A DNA stretch of 64,000 bases, taken from IMG/VR virus record IMGVR_UViG_3300034101_006340, positions 1 to 64,000 of that record, one strand, 5' to 3'. This stretch comes from a virus. Under the pieces are notes generated by a model. That model was not told the DNA's origin. It saw only the letters and a program-made list of their open reading frames with translations, and did not search any database. A program made the translations under genes and the position numbers. How positions within the stretch are numbered: position 1 is the first letter of the stretch; every line of letters starts with the position of its first letter. Of the stretch, positions 17,590 to 27,140 are shown one piece after another.

Positions 17590-18659
17590 TGTTACAAATA
17601 TTTGCTCCAATAGGTTATACTGGTTACGGATATGCTAGTATCAATATACTAAAGTCCTTTCTGAAAAAGGCCACCTCAGATAAACAAATATCTCTGTTGC
17701 CTATAGGTCAACCACATATAGATAATCAATTAGACGTAGATCTAATAAAATTATGTTTAGCTAATCAAGTATCTATGCCATATAATACTCCAGTATTAAA
17801 AATTTGGCATCAGTTCCAACTATTAGAAAGAATAGGCAGTGGTAAATATACTGCTTTTCCATTTTTTGAACTTGATAAATTTTCTACAAATGATATTTAT
17901 CATCTTAATTTTCCTGATCATCTTATTGTTTCTTGTGAGTGGGCAAAGAATGTATTACTAAATAATCAAATTAAAAAACCAATATCTGTTGCGCCTCTTG
18001 GTGTTGATACTACCATCTTTCATCCAGTAGATGCGAAACAGACAAACAATTATGTTTTTTGCACGATTGGAAAATGGGAAAAGAGAAAAGCCCATGATAC
18101 AATTATTGATTGTTTTAATAAAGCTTTTAGTCCTAATGATAACGTAGAACTATGGCTATTAACTCATAATGGATTTTTAAACCAACAAGAAGAACAAGTA
18201 TGGCTGAATCTTGTACAACAATCAAAACTAAGCAATAAAATTAAAGTATTCCCTAGGCTTCCATCTCATAAAGATGTCGCAGAGATTATATCTTACTCTA
18301 ATTGCGGTATTTATATTTCTCGTGGAGAGGGATGGAATATGGAATTATTGGAAACTATGGCTATGAATAAACCAGTGATAGTCTCAAATTATTCTGCTCA
18401 CACAGAATATTGTACTAATGACAATAGTTATTTAATAGACATTGAAGAAACAGAACTAGCAATAGATAACAAATGGTTCTTTGGAAACAATGATGCCCAT
18501 TGGGCAAAACTTGAAAAAAAACAAATAGACCAAACAATAGACTACATGAGACACGTCTATTCTAATGAAATTAATAATAATCTAAATGGGGTAAAAACTG
18601 CTGAAAAATACTCCTGGGATAATACTGTTGATCAAATTTCTAAAGTTGTCCTAGAATAG
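17589..18659 (+). CDS. GT4-family glycosyltransferase
   Basis: IGKWEKRK, SRGEGWNMELLETMAMNKPVIVS, YSWD. Confidence 0.85.
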   Translation: MLQIFAPIGYTGYGYASINILKSFLKKATSDKQISLLPIGQPHIDNQLDVDLIKLCLANQVSMPYNTPVLKIWHQFQLLERIGSGKYTAFPFFELDKFSTNDIYHLNFPDHLIVSCEWAKNVLLNNQIKKPISVAPLGVDTTIFHPVDAKQTNNYVFCTIGKWEKRKAHDTIIDCFNKAFSPNDNVELWLLTHNGFLNQQEEQVWLNLVQQSKLSNKIKVFPRLPSHKDVAEIISYSNCGIYISRGEGWNMELLETMAMNKPVIVSNYSAHTEYCTNDNSYLIDIEETELAIDNKWFFGNNDAHWAKLEKKQIDQTIDYMRHVYSNEINNNLNGVKTAEKYSWDNTVDQISKVVLE

Positions 18660-18691
18660 TAGCCACATCTCTGAAATAGGGCTAATTTTTT

Positions 18692-18701
18692 GGTGTAAAA
18701 A
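18692..18701 (+). promoter_or_regulatory. Candidate GGTGTA promoter motif
   Basis: Intergenic GGTGTAAAAA about 30 nt before ATG 18728. Confidence 0.4.
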
Positions 18702-18727
18702 TAGTATATCTTATTAAGGAGAAATAT

Positions 18728-19243
18728 ATGCCCATACCATCCCCAGAAACAAATGAAGATAGTCAGAAATTTATTGCTCGCTGTATGGGCAACGAAACTA
18801 TGAAGAAAGACTATCCAAGTACACAACAAAGAGTGGCTATATGTATTAGTCAAACTAAGAAAAAGGGTCAAAATTGTCTTATCCAAGATGTTCATAATCA
18901 ATTATTAGCAAATAATTGTGAATGGGATGATGAATGGGATGAGTTTACATGGGAAGTAGAGTGCGGAACAATATATGACGAAGACAATAATGTTATAGCT
19001 TCGGAATATCAAGGTAAAAAAGTTACACTAAACAAACCATTTAGAACTCCAGATGGTCCTAAAAAATTTAGCGTATACGTAAAAAATGAAAAAGGAAATG
19101 TTGTTAAAGTAAATTTTGGCGATCCGAATATGAAAATTAAAAAGAATATTCCAGAGCGTCGAAGAAGCTTTAGAGCAAGGCACAACTGTGATAATCCTGG
19201 CCCAAAATGGAAAGCAAGATATTGGTCTTGCAAGGCATGGTGA
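18728..19243 (+). CDS. Conserved phage protein of unknown function
   Basis: FIARCM...QRVAIC motif and KVNFGDP...SFRARHNC...RYWSC motif typical of large phages. Confidence 0.7.
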   Translation: MPIPSPETNEDSQKFIARCMGNETMKKDYPSTQQRVAICISQTKKKGQNCLIQDVHNQLLANNCEWDDEWDEFTWEVECGTIYDEDNNVIASEYQGKKVTLNKPFRTPDGPKKFSVYVKNEKGNVVKVNFGDPNMKIKKNIPERRRSFRARHNCDNPGPKWKARYWSCKAW

Positions 19244-19247
19244 TACT

Positions 19248-19790
19248 ATGGATATAGAGAATCTACTGAATAAATACGAGGTTTCTAAAATGAACGACAA
19301 ATCAATTTCACAAGAAGTTACTGGGTATTCTAGTGACACCGTTATAGAATTATTAAAACAATCCCTAAATATTCACTGGCAGCAGACCACATCATTAACA
19401 GCACAAGCTGTACATCTAGAACGCTGGGGATATAAAAAACTAGCAGCAGTTTTGTTGGCCGATGCCATAGAAGAACAACAACACGCTGCTGTTAATCTTA
19501 AAAGACTTGAGTTTTTTGATATTGATTATCAACCTCTATCTGTAAATCCTCCATCATGGACTCGCCATGATATGGTAGCTATGATTAGATATAATCTTAA
19601 TTCAGTTAGACAAGCCGCTGCTACTGAAAGAGAAACTATTACAGCTGCTCGTGCAGTAGGAGATGAGTTAACAGCCAATACTATGATTCCATTGCTGCAA
19701 GGTAGCGAGAAAGGTATTGAATTATATGAGAGCTATTTGAAGCTTATTGAACAACTGGGATTAGAAAATTTCTTAACTTTACAGGTATAA
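19248..19790 (+). CDS. Ferritin-like (bacterioferritin-related) protein
   Basis: HLERWGYKKLA, EEQQHA...KRLEFF, GDELTA; start may be 19290. Confidence 0.75.
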   Translation: MDIENLLNKYEVSKMNDKSISQEVTGYSSDTVIELLKQSLNIHWQQTTSLTAQAVHLERWGYKKLAAVLLADAIEEQQHAAVNLKRLEFFDIDYQPLSVNPPSWTRHDMVAMIRYNLNSVRQAAATERETITAARAVGDELTANTMIPLLQGSEKGIELYESYLKLIEQLGLENFLTLQV

Positions 19791-19792
19791 CT

Positions 19793-20476
19793 GTGTTTCA
19801 TATAATTTCAATTATTCAAGATATACTATTATCCAACAAAAAAAAGAAATTACACGATCTTACATATAAAGATCTCAGATACCGTGATAGACCAACACAA
19901 TTAGAAGAAAAAATTCCTTTTGACTATTTTGTTATTAATACTCCACCAGAAAACGATAGTCTTTCTACAAAAAAGGAACTTGATCAAGTAATAGAAACCA
20001 CAAGCACCCGCAACAATGAAACAGATAAAACTATCTTAGCTATAGATAAAGACCCGTTAGTTTTGTATAAGGCGTTTTTACAAAATAAGAATTTAGAATT
20101 TCCACAAAAAGAATTCGATATTATGTATCATATATTATATGATATAGTACTAGATCTTAAATTCTATCATAATAGACCAAGACCAAATCAAATAGCAGAA
20201 CTCTATAATAAAGATATTAACATATTGAATACCGGAACACATTCAACACCATCATACCCTTCCGGTCATGTGGCTTATGCTAAATTAGCAGAACTTTTGA
20301 TAAAAGATATCTATCCTAATTTGGATGGTGAATTAGAAAAATTAACCGAAAAAGTTGGTTATGCTAGAATAAAACAAGGGGTTCATTTTCCCAGCGACAA
20401 TGCCGCATCTTACTTATTAGTATCTTCTATCTACAAAGAATTAAAAAATTATTATGAAAGGGAATCAAATGTTTAA
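19793..20476 (+). CDS. PAP2/haloperoxidase-superfamily phosphatase
   Basis: KFYHNRPRP, PSYPSGH, RIKQGVHFPSD. Confidence 0.85.
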   Translation: MFHIISIIQDILLSNKKKKLHDLTYKDLRYRDRPTQLEEKIPFDYFVINTPPENDSLSTKKELDQVIETTSTRNNETDKTILAIDKDPLVLYKAFLQNKNLEFPQKEFDIMYHILYDIVLDLKFYHNRPRPNQIAELYNKDINILNTGTHSTPSYPSGHVAYAKLAELLIKDIYPNLDGELEKLTEKVGYARIKQGVHFPSDNAASYLLVSSIYKELKNYYERESNV

Positions 20477-21002
20477 TCGTAAAAACGAAATTTTATCAGA
20501 ACTTAACGCTGCATACCAAAAAAAAGGCGAGTTAAAAGATAAACAAAAACTAAATATCAAGAAATCGAAAGCAGAAGAAGAAATGGATTTTACAGAAATA
20601 GAAGATATGGAAGATGAAAGTCCAGAAATGGAAATGATGGAGTATAAAAAAGACTTTTATGAAATGAGTCTTGGTTCTTTGAGAGCCATAGCTACTCACG
20701 CCAACGAAATTTTAAACTCCCTTGAGATGCCCCATGTAAAAGAAAACTTGACAGAAAGCTGGCTACAGGGTAAAATTGCAATCACAGAGGACTACATGAG
20801 AACAATCCATGATTTCATCATGTATGTCAGCGAGGCTGCCGATAATGTATCAGCAGCGGATCGTCCTGGTTTATGGGAAAATATTCGACGAAAAAGACAA
20901 AGAGAAGGAGATGATTATAGACCAGCAAAACCGGGAGATAAAGACAGACCCAATAAAGAACAATGGAAAAAACTTACCGACTCACAATGCAATTGCAAGT
21001 GA
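20469..21002 (+). CDS. Hypothetical phage protein
   Basis: Acidic centre; C-terminal PGLWENIRRKR...PAKPGDKDRP motif. Confidence 0.65.
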   Translation: MFNRKNEILSELNAAYQKKGELKDKQKLNIKKSKAEEEMDFTEIEDMEDESPEMEMMEYKKDFYEMSLGSLRAIATHANEILNSLEMPHVKENLTESWLQGKIAITEDYMRTIHDFIMYVSEAADNVSAADRPGLWENIRRKRQREGDDYRPAKPGDKDRPNKEQWKKLTDSQCNCK

Positions 21003-21065
21003 TAAAGTAATAAAATTCTTTTAGATAGTATCAAATTTAGACAAGACTTTAAGGAAGGAATAATT

Positions 21066-21644
21066 ATGGACTTATATTACGAGACTCTAGATACATATAC
21101 TTTATTAGCTAAGAAAGTTATTTCAAAATTTTCTTCATCTTTTTATAGTGGATTGCGCAATGAACTACTGAATAATGAGGAAGCAATATCAGAAATAGCA
21201 GAAGCACTAATGATAGCGGACTGGAGATGGGATGCTGACCGTAAGGGACATAACGGCCAGTCAAAAACAAGATATTCTTATCGTAATCAATGTGGATTAT
21301 GGGCCATGAAGACATATGTGAGTAAAAAATATAAAAAGAAAAATAGACAAATTTCTATTGATCATGCTGCTGGCGAAGATAAAAGCTATTTACACAATGT
21401 GCCAGATTATAATTCTGATCCTTCAGAAATCGTCTCAGAAAAAGAAGAAAAAGACTTACTACAAAAAAATATTCATGATTTATTAAATTCGGATATTCTA
21501 ACTAGTAAACAAAAAGATCAAATACATCAATATTATTTTGAAGATAAAACTTTATTAGAAATTGGAAAACAATATGGTGTCACAAGAGAAGCGATCAGAC
21601 AAAATATTCAAAAGGGACTAGCGAGTATAAGACACTATGCTTAG
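21066..21644 (+). CDS. Phage sigma70-family factor
   Basis: Region-4 HTH KTLLEIGKQYGVTREAIRQ; degenerate region 2 (WRWDADR...YSY). Confidence 0.8.
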   Translation: MDLYYETLDTYTLLAKKVISKFSSSFYSGLRNELLNNEEAISEIAEALMIADWRWDADRKGHNGQSKTRYSYRNQCGLWAMKTYVSKKYKKKNRQISIDHAAGEDKSYLHNVPDYNSDPSEIVSEKEEKDLLQKNIHDLLNSDILTSKQKDQIHQYYFEDKTLLEIGKQYGVTREAIRQNIQKGLASIRHYA

Positions 21645-21993
21645 TACAGTTTTCAGTATTATACCAATTATTATAGATACTAAAAAATTAGAAAGACTAT
21701 TCATATCGTCACAAGAAAAATTTTATTATCCGATAATTATTGATTGTACAGAATGTGTGGATTGTGACACAGTTACAAACTGTATTAGCTTGTGTCTCAA
21801 AAAATATATAACAAATATAGAAACCCAACTTTTACAGTATAGGATATTATCATGTACAAAAACAGATTCCGTAATTAGCATAAATTATGCTGTTGTTGTT
21901 CCAGATTCTATAGAACTCAAAAATTGCTATATTAAAAACTATAATATTTCGGTATTACATCCTTTAGTCAGAAAAGCTTTAGCCTATGCTTAG
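21637..21993 (+). CDS. Hypothetical protein
   Basis: Coupled ORF. Confidence 0.6.
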   Translation: MLSTVFSIIPIIIDTKKLERLFISSQEKFYYPIIIDCTECVDCDTVTNCISLCLKKYITNIETQLLQYRILSCTKTDSVISINYAVVVPDSIELKNCYIKNYNISVLHPLVRKALAYA

Positions 21994-22423
21994 TTTACTT
22001 AGATATCTATTGACTAATTATGGATCTAAAAAATTAGACACAAATAATCAACCAATCAAAACTAACACACTTGGTTCTGATGGAGACAGTCAATCTCCTT
22101 GTTCGCTTGAAATTCAAATGAATCTTGATGGAACAGTAAATATTATTTGTAGTTGGCCAGAATTTAATGATGATAATAAAAAAATTATGAGTCATCTAGC
22201 CAACCACTATGCTATGATGATAGACGCTTTGAACTCAGGTTTTCTTTCTAAAGACATTATTGACACATTAAAAAATCACGAGACAGAGAACCCTATGGAT
22301 ACGCTTTTTGCTCAAAATGTATTCTATAAAATTGCTGAAATTAATTTTCTTAAAAATCATCAAAATCATGATAATCATGATGCTTTAGTTAAGCCCTCTC
22401 AGGTATTCCATAAACCCTCTTGA
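21986..22423 (+). CDS. Hypothetical protein
   Basis: Coupled ORF. Confidence 0.65.
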   Translation: MLSLLRYLLTNYGSKKLDTNNQPIKTNTLGSDGDSQSPCSLEIQMNLDGTVNIICSWPEFNDDNKKIMSHLANHYAMMIDALNSGFLSKDIIDTLKNHETENPMDTLFAQNVFYKIAEINFLKNHQNHDNHDALVKPSQVFHKPS

Positions 22424-22452
22424 GATGACGGGTGTTTTGCCTATCATATAGT

Positions 22453-22923
22453 ATGACATATTTAAGCAAACCATCTGTGGTATGGCAAAAATGGAAGGAT
22501 CCTTTTATGGGATCCGATGACAATGATTTGCACGAAACCTTGGAAGATCTTTTGGAAGAACCTAGCTTTGTTGATGATATTAATGATGATAAAAATGATT
22601 CTAATTTAGAAGATAGCGATTTAGATAATAATGAACAAATTATTCATAAACAACAAGTCAAAGCTATTATTACTCCTATGGGCATAGTGCCATATGATGA
22701 ATATAATTCTGCTAGTAAAATTTTTAATTTTTGGATAGGTCATACTAACTTTAATATTTCCAAACCAGTTTCTCAAATTATTGAAAACATAGAAGGAGTA
22801 GAAACTTTAGATATTTTTACTCGATATCGTTTTCGTATTGGTATTGCTAAATTATTTAAACCCTCAGAAGTTATGTCTTCTATTACCAATAGCATATATG
22901 GATATCTAGATGAGCATGGTTAA
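22453..22923 (+). CDS. Hypothetical protein
   Basis: Acidic linker; conserved-looking FWIGHTNF and RYRFRIGI. Confidence 0.65.
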   Translation: MTYLSKPSVVWQKWKDPFMGSDDNDLHETLEDLLEEPSFVDDINDDKNDSNLEDSDLDNNEQIIHKQQVKAIITPMGIVPYDEYNSASKIFNFWIGHTNFNISKPVSQIIENIEGVETLDIFTRYRFRIGIAKLFKPSEVMSSITNSIYGYLDEHG

Positions 22924-23578
22924 TACATTAGAATCTGAATTATATAATATCCATACGTATCAAATAGATACTCGTAATAGAGAAATTTACTTACATTCAT
23001 CTTTTGATTATGATGAAGAAGGCGGGGTTGAATATAAATGTGCTGTAAATTTTGCTAAGAATGTTAGATATCTTAATTCTGTATCCTCAGATCCTATTCT
23101 AGTACATATGCATTTGCCGGGAGGCGTTTGGGAGGACGGTCTCGGGATTTATGATACTATCGAATATTCTAAATCTAAAATCATTATCCTAGCCTATGCA
23201 AAAGTAGAATCTGCTAGCAGCTTAATTTTCCAAGCTGCTTTTAAAAGAATATTAATGCCAAATACCCATGTGCTTATACATTATGGCTCTTTAATGATTG
23301 ATAATGAACATAAAGCAGCAATGAGTAGTTTGCAATGGAGTGAAAAAGAATCTACTAAAATGATAGATATTTTCACAGAGAGATGTTGTACAAGTCCAAT
23401 AGCTAAAGAAAAAAATTGGAATAAATTTATTATTAAAAAACATATCGTATCTCAGTTGGCCAATAAAAGTGACTGGATACTAAACGCAGAGGAAGCTGTT
23501 CATTATGGATTTGCTGATGGTGTATTAGGGAGTAGAAAATTTCCTAATATCGATAGTATAAAAGCAAAAATCAAATGA
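22910..23578 (+). CDS. ClpP-like protease
   Basis: REIYL, HLPGG, GIYDTI, ESAS (Ser), LIHYG (His), DWILNAEEA (Asp). Confidence 0.85.
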   Translation: MSMVNTLESELYNIHTYQIDTRNREIYLHSSFDYDEEGGVEYKCAVNFAKNVRYLNSVSSDPILVHMHLPGGVWEDGLGIYDTIEYSKSKIIILAYAKVESASSLIFQAAFKRILMPNTHVLIHYGSLMIDNEHKAAMSSLQWSEKESTKMIDIFTERCCTSPIAKEKNWNKFIIKKHIVSQLANKSDWILNAEEAVHYGFADGVLGSRKFPNIDSIKAKIK

Positions 23579-24237
23579 AAATTCTAGAATACGGATACTA
23601 TGATCTTGCTACGAATGAAACTGAAACCAAAGAGCTTATAAAAAAAGCCTTAAGTTTCCAGCCTCATTCTGTTTCTGTGCTGCCTTATTATGTTCGAACT
23701 ATTAGACCAATTGTTTTTGGTAGAACTGAACTAAGTTGTGTTATTGATTATCCTTTTGGTTTGACAGAAAGCGCTTCAAGAATATTATCAATAGAACAAG
23801 CTATAAAAGACGGTGCTGATATAATCGAACTAGTTATGGCTAGTCCTTTATTATGTAATCGTAAATATGATAAATTACGCAAAGAACTTGAAATTTATGT
23901 GAGTTTATGCACACAAAATAATGTTAGAGCTAGGTGTGTTCTAGAATATAAAATATTTGCTCCTGAATTGCTTTATAAAGCAGCATCAATATTAAATGAG
24001 TTCGATATTAGTGTAATATATCCATCAGCTAATTTTTTAATTGACAATATTAGCGACAATATCTTGGCTGGTATGCTTGTTCATCAAAAAAATCCTAAAA
24101 CTAATATTATTTTTAGTGGTAGTGCTTGGACAGATGAGCAGATCGATATGGTATTAAATAATCAACAAATATATGGGTATAAAACTACTAATATTTATAC
24201 TCTTGAAAAGATATATCAAAAAATCAACAAAATATAG
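23575..24237 (+). CDS. DeoC-like TIM barrel lacking catalytic lysines
   Basis: CVIDYPFG, AIKDGADIIELV, CVLE; KTSTG replaced by YPSAN. Confidence 0.7.
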   Translation: MKILEYGYYDLATNETETKELIKKALSFQPHSVSVLPYYVRTIRPIVFGRTELSCVIDYPFGLTESASRILSIEQAIKDGADIIELVMASPLLCNRKYDKLRKELEIYVSLCTQNNVRARCVLEYKIFAPELLYKAASILNEFDISVIYPSANFLIDNISDNILAGMLVHQKNPKTNIIFSGSAWTDEQIDMVLNNQQIYGYKTTNIYTLEKIYQKINKI

Positions 24238-24293
24238 ACTTTTGGGGTAAAATATACCGTATATACAAATCACCCCATAATACGGAGACTAAA

Positions 24294-24869
24294 ATGGCAA
24301 CAGTACAAACAGACGGTTCAACAGCCGTAACAAGAACCAGCACCGTTAATAATGGCGGAACGGCTATTAACGTTGGCTCGTCCTCCACAGTATTAGATAA
24401 CAGATCATTAGGCAGAGACAACCAGGGTGTGTTCGGCTCTACTGTCGTTTCAAATGCCAGCAAAGATTACGCTGATCTTGCTCTCGCTAGTGGCACTTTC
24501 GCATATAATAATGCTGAACCAATCGGTGTTAAATTAACAGATACACTAGCTGGTTCTGTAAGTAATACATTCTTACGTAGTGGTGGTTCCGACCTAGGTT
24601 CTCGCAGAAGTATTCATCGTCAAGAAAAGGTCAGAACAACCAGAACAACAACAGCAATTAGAGCTGGTTACTGGAATATCTATAGTGGCACATGGAACAC
24701 AACTCCGACAACAGCTGTTGATAATTTCTGGGATATTGCTAATGACACTACATCAGCAACATCAACAGACGAAGCCGCAACACCAACCAGAGGAACCCCC
24801 GGTGAACTTACCTACAAATTAGGTCAGGAAACACCAGTTTCTGTAGATTATTCTGCGAAAAATACCTAA
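24294..24869 (+). CDS. Thr/Ser-rich putative virion structural protein
   Basis: GGAG SD; composition typical of structural proteins. Confidence 0.6.
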   Translation: MATVQTDGSTAVTRTSTVNNGGTAINVGSSSTVLDNRSLGRDNQGVFGSTVVSNASKDYADLALASGTFAYNNAEPIGVKLTDTLAGSVSNTFLRSGGSDLGSRRSIHRQEKVRTTRTTTAIRAGYWNIYSGTWNTTPTTAVDNFWDIANDTTSATSTDEAATPTRGTPGELTYKLGQETPVSVDYSAKNT

Positions 24870-24879
24870 TCTTATTTTA

Positions 24880-24889
24880 GGTGTATAAT
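24880..24889 (+). promoter_or_regulatory. Candidate GGTGTA promoter motif
   Basis: Intergenic GGTGTATAAT. Confidence 0.45.
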
Positions 24890-24899
24890 TAAATACGAG

Positions 24900-24933
24900 A
24901 AGCCAGGGATGTGCAGGCATCTCTGGCTTTTTT
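24900..24933 (+). terminator. Rho-independent terminator
   Basis: AAGCCAGGGATG/CATCTCTGGCTT stem, TGCAGG loop, T-tract. Confidence 0.7.
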
Positions 24934-24957
24934 ATTTTGACAAAGAAAGGTAGATCT

Positions 24958-25281
24958 ATGTCTGATCCTAATACTGTCGGATCTTTCTTCGAAAATCTTA
25001 CTACTTCCATGGTTAGCATAATCATAGCATTAATTGGTTTTTGGACGACCTTCATACGTAATTTAGCAACTAAAAAAGAAGTAGAAGAAATGATTATGAA
25101 TCAAAGTCAATATGTTAAAGATCGTCAATACATTATGGAACGATTAAATGATAGTAAAGAAGCTAATACAACAATTTTTAGAGCACTAGAAAAAAATACC
25201 GAAGTTATGAATGAACTCAAAATTCAAATTGCTACTCTTGGTAAAACTTTAGAAGCACTAGAAGACAGAATAGAAAGGTAA
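24958..25281 (+). CDS. Membrane-anchored coiled-coil protein
   Basis: N-terminal hydrophobic segment then heptad-like region. Confidence 0.65.
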   Translation: MSDPNTVGSFFENLTTSMVSIIIALIGFWTTFIRNLATKKEVEEMIMNQSQYVKDRQYIMERLNDSKEANTTIFRALEKNTEVMNELKIQIATLGKTLEALEDRIER

Positions 25282-25290
25282 TAATTAATT

Positions 25291-25485
25291 ATGGCTAATG
25301 ATATACAAGCAGCAATTAGTGGAATAGCTGTTAAAAACGGAACATCAGTAGTTCTTGTTTCTCCAACAGGAATTCAGACTATTGATACTTATGTTAAAAA
25401 CTATCCCACAATAAGTAGTATTGAAAATAAATATGATACTAGGCTTGATGATCCTAGATACTATACTGGAGATACTGCTAACTAA
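25291..25485 (+). CDS. Small hypothetical protein
   Basis: ORF in operon. Confidence 0.55.
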   Translation: MANDIQAAISGIAVKNGTSVVLVSPTGIQTIDTYVKNYPTISSIENKYDTRLDDPRYYTGDTAN

Positions 25486-25524
25486 TTTAATTTGGTAATA
25501 CCCTATAAAATGGAGAATTGAAAT

Positions 25525-25974
25525 ATGAGAAAACCGGGATATAGAACTACTGAATTTTGGTTTACTTTTGTTAGTTTTATATTTAGTGGTTTATATTTGA
25601 TGGGAATATTGAATGATCATAGTCAAAAAGAAGAATTAATATCTAATGTTAGTCATGCTGTAGAAAGTTGTATTCTTATCGGTGGACAATTTGCTATATT
25701 ATATAAATATATTACTAGCAGAAAACAAACTAAAATAGAATATGAAAAAACTAAACAATTAGAAGAGGAAAATAAAAAAAGTAATGACCCTAGCCCACGA
25801 GAAGGAGAAGATGATGAACAGCAAAGAACTGATAACCAACGAAGTAGAAAAACTAATAATAAGAGCAAAAGAAAGCCTACTAAACGTAAAACGACTAGCG
25901 GTAAGCGAAGCGTGGAAAATTCTACAAGTAGCAACAGCAAGCGTAATACAAATAATAGAAAAGCTGGGAACTGA
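25525..25974 (+). CDS. Holin-like membrane protein with basic tail
   Basis: KPGYRTTEFW then two hydrophobic segments; GGAG SD. Confidence 0.55.
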   Translation: MRKPGYRTTEFWFTFVSFIFSGLYLMGILNDHSQKEELISNVSHAVESCILIGGQFAILYKYITSRKQTKIEYEKTKQLEEENKKSNDPSPREGEDDEQQRTDNQRSRKTNNKSKRKPTKRKTTSGKRSVENSTSSNSKRNTNNRKAGN

Positions 25975-26245
25975 TCTAAAAAGTCCAGAGAAAAAAGAAT
26001 TGGCCATGACTCTACTATCTAGTTTTTATGATAAAATATTCCTAGTAGTAGATATTCCTGTTGTACCAAATCTTTTAGAGCCTATTATACATAAGTATGT
26101 CAAGGCATTCTTAATGATTTTGGTTAGTGCTAGCATAGATGCTTTGGTAACTACATTTAGGCAAACAGGGGTGTTTTTACAGAAAAAAGTTTTGGATAGT
26201 CCAACAGATCAAGCCTTAAATGCGTTAAACATTAATCATCTATAA
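25811..26245 (+). CDS. Helical hypothetical protein overlapping the holin-like gene
   Basis: GAAGGAG SD before ATGATG at 25811. Confidence 0.65.
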   Translation: MMNSKELITNEVEKLIIRAKESLLNVKRLAVSEAWKILQVATASVIQIIEKLGTDLKSPEKKELAMTLLSSFYDKIFLVVDIPVVPNLLEPIIHKYVKAFLMILVSASIDALVTTFRQTGVFLQKKVLDSPTDQALNALNINHL

Positions 26246-26260
26246 GCAAGAGAGGATAAT

Positions 26261-26638
26261 ATGAACTTTACAGAATCATTTAGTGAATTTAGCAGCAAAC
26301 TTCGCCCACAGGATCTTGCATTATATGCTGGAGTAGGCATTGTTCTTTGGGTGTTATTTAAAGATAAACTAAGTCCAGTACAAAAATTGGTGAGTGAATT
26401 TATAAATAAATTTGTAAACAATAAAAACAGTTCTGTTGTGACCAAGCCTGTAGAAGTAGAAGCCGTTAACTCTACAACAAACAAAGATTTGTTTTTTGAT
26501 CTAGTTGTATCATGGAAACAGACAAGAGATCTTGCAGCAAAAAGCAATTGCACAAAAGCCGTTGAAGTAGCTGATCAAATGTTCCCATACTTGAGCCCTA
26601 TGGTTTGTATTGATCCAACTAAAGAAGAAAAGAAATAG
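26261..26638 (+). CDS. Membrane protein
   Basis: LALYAGVGIVLWVLF segment; GAGGA SD. Confidence 0.7.
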   Translation: MNFTESFSEFSSKLRPQDLALYAGVGIVLWVLFKDKLSPVQKLVSEFINKFVNNKNSSVVTKPVEVEAVNSTTNKDLFFDLVVSWKQTRDLAAKSNCTKAVEVADQMFPYLSPMVCIDPTKEEKK

Positions 26639-26642
26639 CATC

Positions 26643-27140
26643 ATGCAAAATAAATATTTATTTTTTATTGCTATAGTTTTAATAGGTATTGGTTTGTTAC
26701 AACCAAGTCTTATAAGTAATATTAATATGTCGAATACAAATTCGACTATTAGTATGCCAGTTACAGATGCTCCTACTGATACAGAATTGTTTGCAAAAAC
26801 CAAAGCGATTGTAGATATATTACAAAGTTCTAATGCTGAAAATAAAAAAGGTGATTTTTTTAGATTATCTTGTTTATATGCGGACATGTCTACTCTGATA
26901 GCAGTAAACGATGATACTATTATCAAAGACACTGTTTCTATAAGAGAAGCTAATATTCTTTGTGGAAAAATGCTAAAATTAAATTTACAAGATAAGTATC
27001 CGGGTTTAGCAGAAAAAGTTGAGGAGTTAGTATTATATAGTATTGGTGATGATGATGTTGTTTTAGATTCTCTTTTAAGACAAAAAGCTGTTGATGCTTT
27101 TAAAGCTTTGAGTTGGGCATTCTATAAAGGATCTCAATAA
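26643..27140 (+). CDS. Signal- or membrane-anchored protein
   Basis: YLFFIAIVLIGIGLL N-terminus; TAATG coupling to protease. Confidence 0.65.
   Translation: MQNKYLFFIAIVLIGIGLLQPSLISNINMSNTNSTISMPVTDAPTDTELFAKTKAIVDILQSSNAENKKGDFFRLSCLYADMSTLIAVNDDTIIKDTVSIREANILCGKMLKLNLQDKYPGLAEKVEELVLYSIGDDDVVLDSLLRQKAVDAFKALSWAFYKGSQ

Noticed and set aside
18659-18691. Terminator after GT4 gene
   Set aside because: Stem of only about 5 bp with a long loop; too weak to call
26236-26932. Two minus-strand ORFs (105 and 140 aa)
   Set aside because: Fully antisense to plus-strand membrane genes that have clear SD sites
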